Virus record (IMG/VR): IMGVR_UViG_3300036832_000434
Span: 7,750 to 71,749 of that record
Length of the DNA: 64,000 nucleotides
Source: a virus
Reading direction: 5' to 3' (one strand)
The notes beneath the pieces were generated by a model. It had not been told where the DNA came from. It did not search any database and saw only the letters and a program-made list of their open reading frames with translations. Positions 37,301 to 45,979 of this stretch are shown piece after piece (position 1 is the stretch's first letter; the number at the start of each line of letters is the position of its first letter). A program made the translations under genes and the position numbers.

Positions 37301-38761
37301 CAGACCTATGCGAAGAACGTCCTCGCGCACCTCGAAAAGAGCCACGGGCTAGCCAAGGGCACGCTCGCCAAGCTCGGCGCTGGCGGGAAGCCGCCGGCCG
37401 CCCCTCCGGCGCCACCGGCCCCCGTATCGCCGCTGACGGTAGCCTCGCCCCCGGCCACGCCGGCTATCCCGGAACCGCCGCTCCCGCAATCGACGGCGAC
37501 GCAGCAGTATATCGATTCGTACGCCAAGGAAGCATTGCACAGCACGGCGGACAAGATCGCGACGCTCTCCAAATACGCGACTGCTCCGACGACAAATCCC
37601 GATGATGCCGCGTTCGCGAATGCGTGGCTCGCCAATCTCATGGCGAAGTCGCAAGCCGCGCCGATGCCACCTCCGCCGACGCCGGCCCCAACGCCAGCGC
37701 CGACACTCGCGCCAACCCCGGCCCCGACACCCGCCCCGGCTCCGCCGCCACCCCCGCCGCTCGCCGGGCCGATGCCGCATCCCGATTCCGGGCCGCAGAA
37801 AACGATCTACGCGCTCGCGACCGGCCCCGGCACCGATGCCGAGAAGGCGGCCAAGATCAAGGCGGAAGCCGCCGGCATGTACCAGGGCGGCTTTGCCAAG
37901 AAATTCGCTGACCAATGGATCACCGCACTCGGCGGCGATCCGGCGGCACCCGCGCCGACGCCGGCCCCGATGCCAGCCCCGCCGAAGGCCACGCCAGCGC
38001 CGAAGCCGGCGGCCAAGGGGGCGCTCGCCACGGCCGCGAAAGGGACCGCCAAGCAGGCGGACGATCATGCCGCGGCGATCCCGGCCTATTGGGTCAATCA
38101 AGGCGTCAAGGCGACGGAACGTGTATCGGCGAAAACCAAGCTCAGGCGCATCCAGAACATTCACGCGCTCGCGGCCGGGGCGAAGCATACGGATACGATC
38201 ACCTCCGCGATCGCCAAGGAAGCCTGCCCAACGGCACTTAGCGGATTCTGGCAAAAGGGAGAGGGGGCGGTAGCGCTCGACGCGGTTAAAAGCTACTCGG
38301 GCGGCGGCTATTCCGACATCAACGCGGCACTCCGCGATCCCGATCATTCATCGACGAGCGCGATCACCAAAGCCAATCTGATCGATGATCTATTCGAAAT
38401 GCCCGAGGCGTCTGTCACGACTGATTTCATCGCCCATCGCGGCGAACAGGTGCCGGAGAAGCAAATCGCGCAGTGGATGAAAGGATTGGAGCAAGGCAAG
38501 CCGGTCCGCTACTCAAAAGACGGCTTCATATCATCGTCGTTTGCCGATCAGCCGGCCGGGATCGGGAAGGGTCATAACGTCCAATTCCAGATCGTTGTGC
38601 GCAAGGGCACGCGCGCCGTCGGGATCGGCGTTCATGGCGTCAGCCAATATGGATCGGCGGAAAACGAGGTTATGCTGCGGCACGGGCAATCCTTCGAAAT
38701 CTATGACATCACGAAGGGCAGCAACGGCAAAACCTATATCAAGATGGCCGTCGCCACTTAG
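34385..38761 (+). CDS. Portal protein (DUF1073-like) fused to kinase-like domain, helical repeats and ADP-ribosyltransferase
   Basis: Portal motifs GYPYL.ELAQ.PEY, VH.SRL, LLG.TP.GLNASS.GE in the first ~500 aa; about 950 extra aa in the same frame. Confidence 0.88.
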   Translation: MGRKAKRRAGKAARREAARAARGPRSEVMADAVASLPPALRISQRALDAASTQPELFASSPWEIARPPPGVVPDDVFAGIAADASLGSLYSYGQTNAFTDGMQWLGYPYLSELAQRPEYRRMVEQTAKEMTRRWIKLNAAGDDPDKDKARRIKIIEGQLKRHRVQAKFRRLAELDGFFGRGHLYIDTGHTAEPDELAIPLIRDARKIGRRGLKRLKIVEPIWTYPFDYATTDPLDPDFYRPRQWFVQGRKVHRSRLLTVVGREVPDMLKPAYAFGGVALTQMAKPYVENWLRTRQSVADLIHSFSVSGIKTSLFSTMNEVGDQPLLKRVQLFNKTRDNRGMLVIDKDAEEFFNVSTPLGTLDHLQAQSQEQMASVNGIPLVVLLGITPSGLNASSDGEIRTWYAWIEAMQEHLFDDDLRVVLEIIQLSEFGEIDPEITHTWEPLWQLDEAGAAQVRKTDADTDMEYVNGGVLSPAEVRQRIADAEDSLYPGLDVDDLPEPPGGGGMEGEGDPFGGMPDPANANEPPPADPAQAKAPISPLRIAGDAFKEEDVDRDKSGKFTSGGGGGGGATKVENVADWKKVGPQLGGNPGGKYQSPEGDHYYIKQSKSDDHAKNEVLAGKLYQAAKAPVFHSRLVDVGGGKLGTSSKWKGDATDINPASKAERKEAQQHFAVHAWLANHDAAGTDTYNQGKLNGVMHTMDVGGALNYKGLGGLKGKTFDDEADEWELMRAGDVVSQKGAAIFGDMTDAELKASAEKVAAVPDETIAKLVEEHGPGDAAAKAALTEKLIARKNNIIKKAGIEAPAAPAPAAPAETPPAPAETAPGVKNQAFEDAHLRGPDGKFLPKPDDDSSAEQADLYAYATEEGETFNNKIFNVQDVMLDSKDPDVIAYGQKLLDGLNAPATPAGTEAPPAAPAAPVEPKPAPPDPPSYAGPAAKKIAEMTKAMLAEGKSPEEIAAAIKEYAASFKGNNTQTYAKNVLAHLEKSHGLAKGTLAKLGAGGKPPAAPPAPPAPVSPLTVASPPATPAIPEPPLPQSTATQQYIDSYAKEALHSTADKIATLSKYATAPTTNPDDAAFANAWLANLMAKSQAAPMPPPPTPAPTPAPTLAPTPAPTPAPAPPPPPPLAGPMPHPDSGPQKTIYALATGPGTDAEKAAKIKAEAAGMYQGGFAKKFADQWITALGGDPAAPAPTPAPMPAPPKATPAPKPAAKGALATAAKGTAKQADDHAAAIPAYWVNQGVKATERVSAKTKLRRIQNIHALAAGAKHTDTITSAIAKEACPTALSGFWQKGEGAVALDAVKSYSGGGYSDINAALRDPDHSSTSAITKANLIDDLFEMPEASVTTDFIAHRGEQVPEKQIAQWMKGLEQGKPVRYSKDGFISSSFADQPAGIGKGHNVQFQIVVRKGTRAVGIGVHGVSQYGSAENEVMLRHGQSFEIYDITKGSNGKTYIKMAVAT

Positions 38762-38808
38762 GCGGATTTGGCGCATAGTATCCGGTCAGCAGCAAAGGAA
38801 ATGGCGAG

Positions 38809-39027
38809 ATGAGCGAGAGCGACAAAGCAGCGAAACCCGACGACGACAACACGGACGATACCGGCGATCCCGATGCGCGCTGGAATGACGGGGGCATCGT
38901 CACCATCGGCGATGAGGTCGTCTATGACGGGGAGGCGGAATTCCTCGGCAAGCCCTCGAAAGTCGGCCAGAAAATGCCGCTCCCCGAGAGCATGTTGGAC
39001 GACAGCGAAGTCGAGGACGATGCCTGA
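38809..39027 (+). CDS. Small very acidic protein
   Basis: 72 aa, D/E-rich; directly after the ART domain. Confidence 0.55.
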   Translation: MSESDKAAKPDDDNTDDTGDPDARWNDGGIVTIGDEVVYDGEAEFLGKPSKVGQKMPLPESMLDDSEVEDDA

Positions 39028-39244
39028 TCCCGCCGCCGGCTTCCTCGATCCGCATCCGCGGAACGGCGCGGGCCTTGGCTTCATGCGATGCGGAACGTGC
39101 GCCGGGAACGGCTTTCGGATCGTCGGCGCGATCCCCGATGAGCGATTTGTCCGCTGCTCATCGTGCGGCGGATCGGGGCAATTCTACCTCGATCAGCCGG
39201 AGGTATCGGCGGCGGCTCGGGGCTGGGATTTGGCGACGTCCTGA
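39020..39244 (+). CDS. Small DnaJ-type Zn-finger protein
   Basis: CGTCAGNG and CSSCGGSG. Confidence 0.55.
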   Translation: MPDPAAGFLDPHPRNGAGLGFMRCGTCAGNGFRIVGAIPDERFVRCSSCGGSGQFYLDQPEVSAAARGWDLATS

Positions 39245-39247
39245 TCG

Positions 39248-40063
39248 ATGGCCCAGCCGCCTAAGACACTTCCGCCGGTCCATCCGAATATCGGCATAGA
39301 GGCCGCGTACCGAAGGCGCCTCACGGCGCTGATCGACGAGATGCACCGATCCATCCTCTACTGGATCACGGCCGCCTATCGCGGCTATGAGGCCGAAGCT
39401 GACGATCTCGCGCTCGATGCAGCGCCGGTCCCCTCGGCCGCGCTGATCCGCAAGATGCGGCGTCTCGGCAACCGTTGGATCGACCGTTTCGACAAGGCCG
39501 CGCCGGAGATCGCTGCGCACTTCGCCAAGCACGTCTCAGAGCGCTCCGACGCCGCGCTTGCCGCGAGCCTCCGCAAAGCCGGCATCTCGGTCCGCTTCCA
39601 GACCACGCCGGCCATTCGTGACGCCATGGACGCCGCCGTTGGCGAGAATGTCGGCCTCATCAAGACGATCGCCGCGCAGCACTTCGCCAAGGTCGAAACC
39701 GCCGTGCTCCGCTCGGCCGCCGTCGGCCGCGATCTCCACGCGCTGACCGAGGAACTCAGCGCCGGTTATGGCGTCACGAAACGCCGCGCCGCGTTTATCG
39801 CCAAGGATCAGAGCAACAAGATGACGGCGGTCGTGACCAAGGCACGTCAAACCCAAGTCGGGATCAAGCAGGCGATCTGGCTACACTCGGCCGGCGGCAA
39901 TAAGCCTCGCCCGGAGCACGTCGCCTTTTCCGGCAAGAAATACGATGTCGAGAAAGGCGCCTACCTTGAAGGCGTTTGGACGTGGCCCGGCCATGAGATC
40001 AACTGCCGATGCGTGTCGAAGGCGATCCTCCCCGCGCTCGCCGGCCTATCCGGAACTACGTGA
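39248..40063 (+). CDS. MuF / SPP1 gp7-like head morphogenesis protein (short form)
   Basis: ENV.LIK.I, RA.FIA.DQ..K, W.HS, R..H, PG..INCRC. Confidence 0.92.
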   Translation: MAQPPKTLPPVHPNIGIEAAYRRRLTALIDEMHRSILYWITAAYRGYEAEADDLALDAAPVPSAALIRKMRRLGNRWIDRFDKAAPEIAAHFAKHVSERSDAALAASLRKAGISVRFQTTPAIRDAMDAAVGENVGLIKTIAAQHFAKVETAVLRSAAVGRDLHALTEELSAGYGVTKRRAAFIAKDQSNKMTAVVTKARQTQVGIKQAIWLHSAGGNKPRPEHVAFSGKKYDVEKGAYLEGVWTWPGHEINCRCVSKAILPALAGLSGTT

Positions 40064-40454
40064 GCAACTGGATCACGTTGACGGCCTTGGTCCGCTCGTC
40101 GATCGTCTCAACCCATATTTTCGACTTGCCACTCTGGACCGCCGCCATACCGAATTCGGCGAGGATCATATCGACGGCCTCGATCGATGGCATCAGACGC
40201 GCGCGCGTCACGCTGATGCTGATGTGCGCGCAAAGCCCAGGCGGCGGCGCCTCCGGCTGGCGCTCGACCGAATAGGTCACGACATAGCCTACGGGTAGCT
40301 CGATCGTAAACGCGCCCATCCGCCGCCGGTACGCCGCGGGATCGGCCTTCGCCTGTGCCATCGCCTCGGCCGGATCGATCGGATTGGCGGCCATGCGGGC
40401 GCGGAGCGAGCCGATCATCGCCCGTTGTTCGTCGCCGATAATCAGAGCCGGCAT
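40056..40454 (-). CDS. Hypothetical protein antisense within the head operon
   Basis: MPALIIG start; fills the MuF-DUF2213 gap; H.SISV motif. Confidence 0.6.
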   Translation of the reverse strand: MPALIIGDEQRAMIGSLRARMAANPIDPAEAMAQAKADPAAYRRRMGAFTIELPVGYVVTYSVERQPEAPPPGLCAHISISVTRARLMPSIEAVDMILAEFGMAAVQSGKSKIWVETIDERTKAVNVIQLLT

Positions 40455-40489
40455 GTCGAAAACCCCTTTCAGAGCTAGGAGGCCGCCCG

Positions 40490-41959
40490 ATGCGCGAAAC
40501 GCTGCCCCTAGCCCTCGATGAGTCGGTCCGCTCATACGATCAGGACGGGCATTTGCACGTCAAGATCGCCAATATCAGCAAGGCGGCGGTCAATCCATAT
40601 ATCGGCCGCGAAATCCCCGACTGGCAAAAGCTCGGCCTCGATCCGAAGCGCGTCTATAAGCTGCTCCGCGATCCCGACGAACTCCGCAAGGGGGCCGCGA
40701 GCTTCGCCGGCAAATCGATCCTCTCGGTCCATCGGCCGATGACGGCAACCGATCACAAGCATTCGCTCGTCGTCGGCTCCGTCGGTTCCGACATCCGCTA
40801 CGATCACCCCTATCTCCGCGCGCCGCTCTCGGTCTGGGATGGCGCAGCCATCGCCGGGATCGAAACCGAGGATCAGCGCGAGCTTTCCTCCGGCTACCGC
40901 TACCGCGCCGACATGACGCCAGGAACCTACGAAGGCGAGCGGTACGATGGCGTCATGCGCGATATCCAAGGGAACCATGTCGCGCTCGTCGAGAGCGGAC
41001 GCGCCGGCTCGGATGTCGTCGTCGGCGATGCGGCGCTGCGCCTTTCCCCGCTTGTCATCACAAAGGAGGCTACCATGGCAACAAAACCAGCCGGGCCGAT
41101 GCTATCGCGCAAGGCGCTTCTCGCGTCCGGCGCGCTCCGCGCCTACCTCCATCCGAAGATGGCGGCAGACAAGGCCATCGATCTCACCCCGGTCCTGACC
41201 GGTGTCACCGCGAAAAACTGGAAGGCAAGCAAGCCGAAGATCGTCAGCGCGCTAGGTGCTGCGACGCTCGGCAAGCTCGCGGCGGATGCCGATATCGCTG
41301 ACGTAACCGCGATGCTCGACAAGCTCGATGACGTCGCCGATGGCGTCGCAGACGAGCCGGTCCCCCCGCCCGGCCCCGATCCTGATGATGATGGTGCGGT
41401 CGATGGCGAGGCTGACGCCGCCGGCCGCGTCGCTGAATTCCTTGAGGGCAAGCTATCGCCGGAGGATATCCAGGCGGTTCTGACCCTGCTCAAGCCCGAA
41501 GTCGATCCGCCGGCCGGAGAAGCGCCACCAGCCGCTGGCGGCGGCGGCGGCAAGGATAACGCCCCGCCATTCGTCAAAGGAAAGGACGCGCAGCCGATGA
41601 ATACCGGGATCACCAAGCAGGCGATGGACGCCGCACTTGCGAAAGCGCGGACCGAGACGGAAGCGGCGACGATCGCCAAGCTCCGCGCGATCGCGGTCGC
41701 GGAGCGCGAGGTCCGCCCGCATATCGGCGAACTCACCATCGCCCAGGATAGCGCCGAGGCGGTCTATAAGCTCGCGCTCGACGCCGCCGGGATCGATCTC
41801 ACCAACGTCCCCGAGGCCGCCTACGCGGCGATGGTGCGGATGCTACCGCCCAAGGGCGAGCCGGCACGCGGCACGCCGCGGCTCGGGATGGACGCCGCCG
41901 GGACCGCCAAATTGAAAGAGCGGTTTCCGAACGTCGGCCGGCTCTCGCACTCGGCCTGA
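40490..41959 (+). CDS. DUF2213 prohead protease/scaffold
   Basis: ISKA.VNPY.G.EIP, ELS.GY, YDG.MR.I.GNHVALV..GRAG. Confidence 0.92.
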   Translation: MRETLPLALDESVRSYDQDGHLHVKIANISKAAVNPYIGREIPDWQKLGLDPKRVYKLLRDPDELRKGAASFAGKSILSVHRPMTATDHKHSLVVGSVGSDIRYDHPYLRAPLSVWDGAAIAGIETEDQRELSSGYRYRADMTPGTYEGERYDGVMRDIQGNHVALVESGRAGSDVVVGDAALRLSPLVITKEATMATKPAGPMLSRKALLASGALRAYLHPKMAADKAIDLTPVLTGVTAKNWKASKPKIVSALGAATLGKLAADADIADVTAMLDKLDDVADGVADEPVPPPGPDPDDDGAVDGEADAAGRVAEFLEGKLSPEDIQAVLTLLKPEVDPPAGEAPPAAGGGGGKDNAPPFVKGKDAQPMNTGITKQAMDAALAKARTETEAATIAKLRAIAVAEREVRPHIGELTIAQDSAEAVYKLALDAAGIDLTNVPEAAYAAMVRMLPPKGEPARGTPRLGMDAAGTAKLKERFPNVGRLSHSA

Positions 41960-41995
41960 TCCCCGCCCTCAGTCAAACGATCGGAGACAACCATC

Positions 41996-42493
41996 ATGGC
42001 TTTCCAGGGAACCGTTAACGTCACGCAAGCGCCGGCCGTCGCTGGCGACTTTGCATCGACCAACCCGCGCCATTCCGTGCTTTCCGTCCCCGGCGGCTTC
42101 GTCGCCGGCACCAACGGCCTCACCGTTGGCCTATTCGCCTGGGCGGACTCGACCGGGATCATCCTCTCGAATGCCGGCTCCGGCACCCCGACGGGCTTCC
42201 TCCACCGCGATCTCCAAGGGCTGATCGGGACGTATCTCGCCGGCTCCGGGATGACGGTTCCGGCCGGTTTCGGCATCGGCGAGCTATTCAACGGCGGCGA
42301 TTTCTGGGTCAAAAACGCGGGCGCCGGAGCCGTCACCGTCGGCATGAAAGCCTTCGCCAACAATACCACGGGGGCGGTTTCGTTCGCCGCCGCGGGCGCG
42401 ACGGTTTCCGGCGCGACAGAAACGAAATGGATCGCCATGACGGCCGGCGCCGCGGGCGAACTCGTCAAGATGTCGAATACGCCGCTCGGCTGA
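41996..42493 (+). CDS. Capsid cement/decoration protein
   Basis: FQ..VN...APAV.GDFAS.NP, GDFW; between scaffold and capsid. Confidence 0.8.
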   Translation: MAFQGTVNVTQAPAVAGDFASTNPRHSVLSVPGGFVAGTNGLTVGLFAWADSTGIILSNAGSGTPTGFLHRDLQGLIGTYLAGSGMTVPAGFGIGELFNGGDFWVKNAGAGAVTVGMKAFANNTTGAVSFAAAGATVSGATETKWIAMTAGAAGELVKMSNTPLG

Positions 42494-42556
42494 TCGAGCA
42501 CAACCCGGCGCGCGCCATCCCTTCTCACCGCGCTCCCGACAACAGGAGACAGTATC

Positions 42557-43621
42557 ATGCAACGTAATCCGGAATTCGCGCGCGACGCCGCTATTCTTGC
42601 TCGCGATTGGGGTATTCATCTTCCGTTCGCGCTTGACTGGTCAGACGGCACAAGCGCCGATCAGATCATGCAGCGGATCATGGCGATGGACGCGCAGCCG
42701 ACGCTCGTCACGACGCCAAACTCCGGCATCCCGGCTTGGTTTACGACGCTCGTCGATCCCGAGGTCGTACGCATCCTCCAGACGCCGAACATGGGCGCGA
42801 AAATCCTCGGCGAGCAAAAGAAAGGCTCTTGGACAGACCAAACCCTGATGATCCCGGTGATCGAGAATACCGGCGAGGTCAGCAGCTACGGCGATTACAA
42901 CGAGAACGGCCGCTCGGATATCAACGAAGATTGGGAATTCCGCCAAGCCTACCTTTTCCAGACGATCATCGAAGTGGGCGATCTTGAGGCCGATCGCGCG
43001 GGCGAGGCGAAGCTAAACCTCGTCTCTGAGAAGCAGACGTCGGCTACCAAGACGCTCGATAAATTCATGGATTTTTGCTACCATTTCGGCGTCTCGGGCT
43101 TGCAGAACTATGGGATTTTGAACGATCCCTCGCTCCCCGCGGCGGCCACACCGACGACGAAAACGGCCGGCGGCGTCAAATGGGTCAATGCCGGCGTCAT
43201 CAATGCGCAGGCGTCCGAAATGTACGCCGACGTGCAAATCCTCGCCAACCAGCTATTCAGCGTGACCGGCGGTCTGATCGACGCCGATTCGGCGATGACG
43301 CTCGTCTATCCGAACACCGTGGCCGGCGCGATGACCGCGGTCAATTCGTTCGGGATCACGATCAAGGCGTTCATCAAGGAGTCGTTTCCGAACCTCGATT
43401 ATGTCGTCGATCCGCGCTACGCGACGGTCGCCGGCAATGTCGTACAACTCATCGCCAAGCAGTTTGACGGCAAGGATACCGGATACTGCGGCTTCAACGA
43501 GAAAAGCCGGGATCACAACATGGTCCGCGCGCTTTCGTCTTGGAAGCAAAAGAAAACCGCGGGCACCTGGGGCGCGGTCATCCGCTATCCCCTTGCGTTC
43601 GCGCAGATGCTTGGAGTCTGA
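42557..43621 (+). CDS. Major capsid protein (DUF2184-like)
   Basis: MDAQP.L.T..N.GIP, E.TG....YGD, GL.NYG.LNDP.L, GTWG..I. Confidence 0.92.
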   Translation: MQRNPEFARDAAILARDWGIHLPFALDWSDGTSADQIMQRIMAMDAQPTLVTTPNSGIPAWFTTLVDPEVVRILQTPNMGAKILGEQKKGSWTDQTLMIPVIENTGEVSSYGDYNENGRSDINEDWEFRQAYLFQTIIEVGDLEADRAGEAKLNLVSEKQTSATKTLDKFMDFCYHFGVSGLQNYGILNDPSLPAAATPTTKTAGGVKWVNAGVINAQASEMYADVQILANQLFSVTGGLIDADSAMTLVYPNTVAGAMTAVNSFGITIKAFIKESFPNLDYVVDPRYATVAGNVVQLIAKQFDGKDTGYCGFNEKSRDHNMVRALSSWKQKKTAGTWGAVIRYPLAFAQMLGV

Positions 43622-43626
43622 TCGCG

Positions 43627-44058
43627 ATGGCCGGGACACTGACGGTTGCCTGCAAAATCCCGACGGGCCTCGTGATACAGGTCTATACATCCGAGGAATG
43701 GGATGAGCCGGTGATGGGCGGCGGCACGCGCCGGTCAAAGCGTGCCATCAAAAAGGGCGATCCGATCAAGCTCAACGGCCCGGCGAAGTTTTTCAACAAG
43801 GCCCCGCTTCACGACATCCGCAACGGCGTGGGCCTCACCTATGGCGTCGATGCGGATACCTTCGCCGAGTGGCTCAAGCAGAACGCGGACTCCGATTTCG
43901 TGAAAAAGGGGATGGTATTTGCCAATCCCAAGACGCCCGAAGTCGATGCCCAGGCGAAAGACCGTCGCGGCGAGAAAAGCGGCATGGAACGGATGAATCC
44001 GAAAGACCTTCCGGCCGAATTCAAGCGCAAGATCACGACGGCCGAGGACGTCGAGTAA
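43627..44058 (+). CDS. Virion-associated hypothetical protein
   Basis: V.CK.P.G, G.T..VD...F..W; conserved post-capsid position. Confidence 0.7.
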   Translation: MAGTLTVACKIPTGLVIQVYTSEEWDEPVMGGGTRRSKRAIKKGDPIKLNGPAKFFNKAPLHDIRNGVGLTYGVDADTFAEWLKQNADSDFVKKGMVFANPKTPEVDAQAKDRRGEKSGMERMNPKDLPAEFKRKITTAEDVE

Positions 44059-44113
44059 GGCCCCGCCTTCCACGGCTCCGCCTCCCCCCCTCCCGATCTG
44101 AAAGGTCAGCACA

Positions 44114-44599
44114 ATGAGCGATACAACGACGGTCGCGAGCAGCGCGCCGATGACGATCCGTATCTACCAGATCGATAAAGACGCCGATCCTGATCGGCCC
44201 GGCGCGGCGCCGGAGCGCGAGTACCGCGATATCGTCGGCGAGCGTCATCCCGACGCGGTGCATGGCCTCGGCATCACCCGCAACGTACCGATCGCGATGA
44301 TCGACGCATGGCTTGAAGCAAATCCGGCGCACCGGGACGTGTTTACCAAGATGAGCGACGACGATCTTGAGAAGCATTCCGACGTGCATTCGACGTTCGG
44401 CTGGGAGCCGCACCTAGAGGCCGCGGCCAACGATGCCGACAACAACAAGCTCGCCGAACAGGGCACCGAACCGCCGCCGGATGCGCCCCCGGCGCCACGG
44501 GCCGCCGAACCGCCGCCACCGGGCACGGCAGCAGCACCGGCCGCCACGCCAGCGCCAGCCGCCGCGACGCCGCCCCCGCCGCCTCCGGCCGCGGCCTGA
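44114..44599 (+). CDS. Hypothetical protein with Pro/Ala tail
   Basis: GIT.NV....DAWL..N weakly like the preceding gene. Confidence 0.6.
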   Translation: MSDTTTVASSAPMTIRIYQIDKDADPDRPGAAPEREYRDIVGERHPDAVHGLGITRNVPIAMIDAWLEANPAHRDVFTKMSDDDLEKHSDVHSTFGWEPHLEAAANDADNNKLAEQGTEPPPDAPPAPRAAEPPPPGTAAAPAATPAPAAATPPPPPPAAA

Positions 44600-44603
44600 T
44601 CCG

Positions 44604-45047
44604 ATGTCGGGAACGGGAATCGTGACGTTCGATTATACCGGATGGTCCGCGCGCTATCCGGAACTCGCCGGCTCGACCGGGCAGGCGCTCGCGCAGGCGT
44701 ATTTCGATAACGATGCGGTGCTCTACCTCGATAATACCGCGTGCTCTCCCGTTCCTGACGTCAACAAGCGCCGGGCGCTGCTCAATATGATCGTGGCCCA
44801 TATCGCGGCGCTCAATTCGCCGACGGCGGATGGCCAGCCGGCCTCCCCGCTCGTCGGGCGGATCACCAACGCGAGCGAGGGATCGGTCAACGTCTCGGTC
44901 GATATGCCCGGCCCGGATAGCGCCGCGTTCTGGATGCAGACCAAATACGGCGCGGCGTTCTGGCAGGCGACGGCCTCGCTCCGCACGATGCGCTACATCC
45001 CCGGCGATCAGCCGGCTTTCGACGTCCCGCCGTTCTTCCCGTACTGA
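44604..45047 (+). CDS. Head-tail adaptor (DUF4054-like)
   Basis: F.Y.....YPE, VAH.A.L, VGRI..ASEGSV.VS, QT.YG..FW. Confidence 0.88.
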   Translation: MSGTGIVTFDYTGWSARYPELAGSTGQALAQAYFDNDAVLYLDNTACSPVPDVNKRRALLNMIVAHIAALNSPTADGQPASPLVGRITNASEGSVNVSVDMPGPDSAAFWMQTKYGAAFWQATASLRTMRYIPGDQPAFDVPPFFPY

Positions 45048-45051
45048 TCCG

Positions 45052-45600
45052 ATGGCCTCGGTCAAGGGCGGCGATCAGATGGCCAAGCGCCTCGCCAAGA
45101 TCGCGGCGAAGGTCGCCAAGCTCCCGAACGTGCGCGTGGGCTTCCTCGAAAACGCCAAGTATCCGAACGGAACGCCGGTCGCGATGATCGCAGCAATTCA
45201 GGAATACGGGGCGCCGCGGGCGCGCATCCCGCCGCGGCCGTTCTTTCGCACGATGATTACCGCGCACAAGGGCGAATGGGGCAAGGAACTCGGCCTCGTC
45301 CTGAAATCCGTTGATTATGACGCCAAGATTGCCCTCGATCAGATGGGCCAGCATATCGCGGGCGAGCTTCGTCAGTCGATCGTCGATACGATCGCGCCCG
45401 CGCTCTCGCCGATCACGCTGATGCTCCGGATGATGCGCAAGAAAAACCCCGCCCTCGTCGTCACCGGGCGGACCGTCGGCGAGGCGGCAAGGCGCGTCGC
45501 GGCCGGCGAGAAAGCGAAGGGGGTATCGACCAAACCCTTGGTTGACAGCGGGAACCTACTCAACTCGATCGACCATGAAGTATCGGACGGTACGCCATGA
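45052..45600 (+). CDS. Virion morphogenesis / tail completion protein
   Basis: VGF.E.A.Y, A...EYG, IPPRPFFR, KPLVD.G.L. Confidence 0.8.
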   Translation: MASVKGGDQMAKRLAKIAAKVAKLPNVRVGFLENAKYPNGTPVAMIAAIQEYGAPRARIPPRPFFRTMITAHKGEWGKELGLVLKSVDYDAKIALDQMGQHIAGELRQSIVDTIAPALSPITLMLRMMRKKNPALVVTGRTVGEAARRVAAGEKAKGVSTKPLVDSGNLLNSIDHEVSDGTP

Positions 45601-45974
45601 ATTTGCACTCGATCGTCGCGCCCGCGGTCGGCGCGATCAATCCGACCTCGATCGCCACGCTACGGGCCTCTACCGGCTCGACGACGGCGCCGGACGGTAA
45701 GCGGGTGCCTACCTATGCCGAACCGGTCAGGGTGCCGTGTCAGGTCCAATCCTTGCAGTACAACGACATCCTCCAACTCGATGCGCTCGGCATCCAGGGG
45801 AGCAAGAGCAAGATTTACGTCAACGGACGGTGGGAGGGGATCATCCGGCCGGATCGGCGCGGCGGCGATCTCATCACCATGCCGGACGGGCGGGTCTATC
45901 TCGTGACGCTCGTTTTGGAGGATTGGCCGGACTGGTGTTGCGTGGCCGTGACCTTGCAGACTGACGCGGCCTGA
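45597..45974 (+). CDS. Head closure/neck protein
   Basis: MNLH.IV...I..INP, QVQ.L, GGD.I, E.WPDW. Confidence 0.8.
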   Translation: MNLHSIVAPAVGAINPTSIATLRASTGSTTAPDGKRVPTYAEPVRVPCQVQSLQYNDILQLDALGIQGSKSKIYVNGRWEGIIRPDRRGGDLITMPDGRVYLVTLVLEDWPDWCCVAVTLQTDAA

Positions 45975-45979
45975 TCGCG

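Noticed and set aside
37670-37760. Tandem PTPA repeats as a DNA repeat element
   Set aside because: Codons vary; this is a protein linker
33004-38761. Intein explaining the long portal, or within the terminase
   Set aside because: No C/S...HN-C/S/T splice motifs or LAGLIDADG; the extra sequence is C-terminal and TerL is normal length
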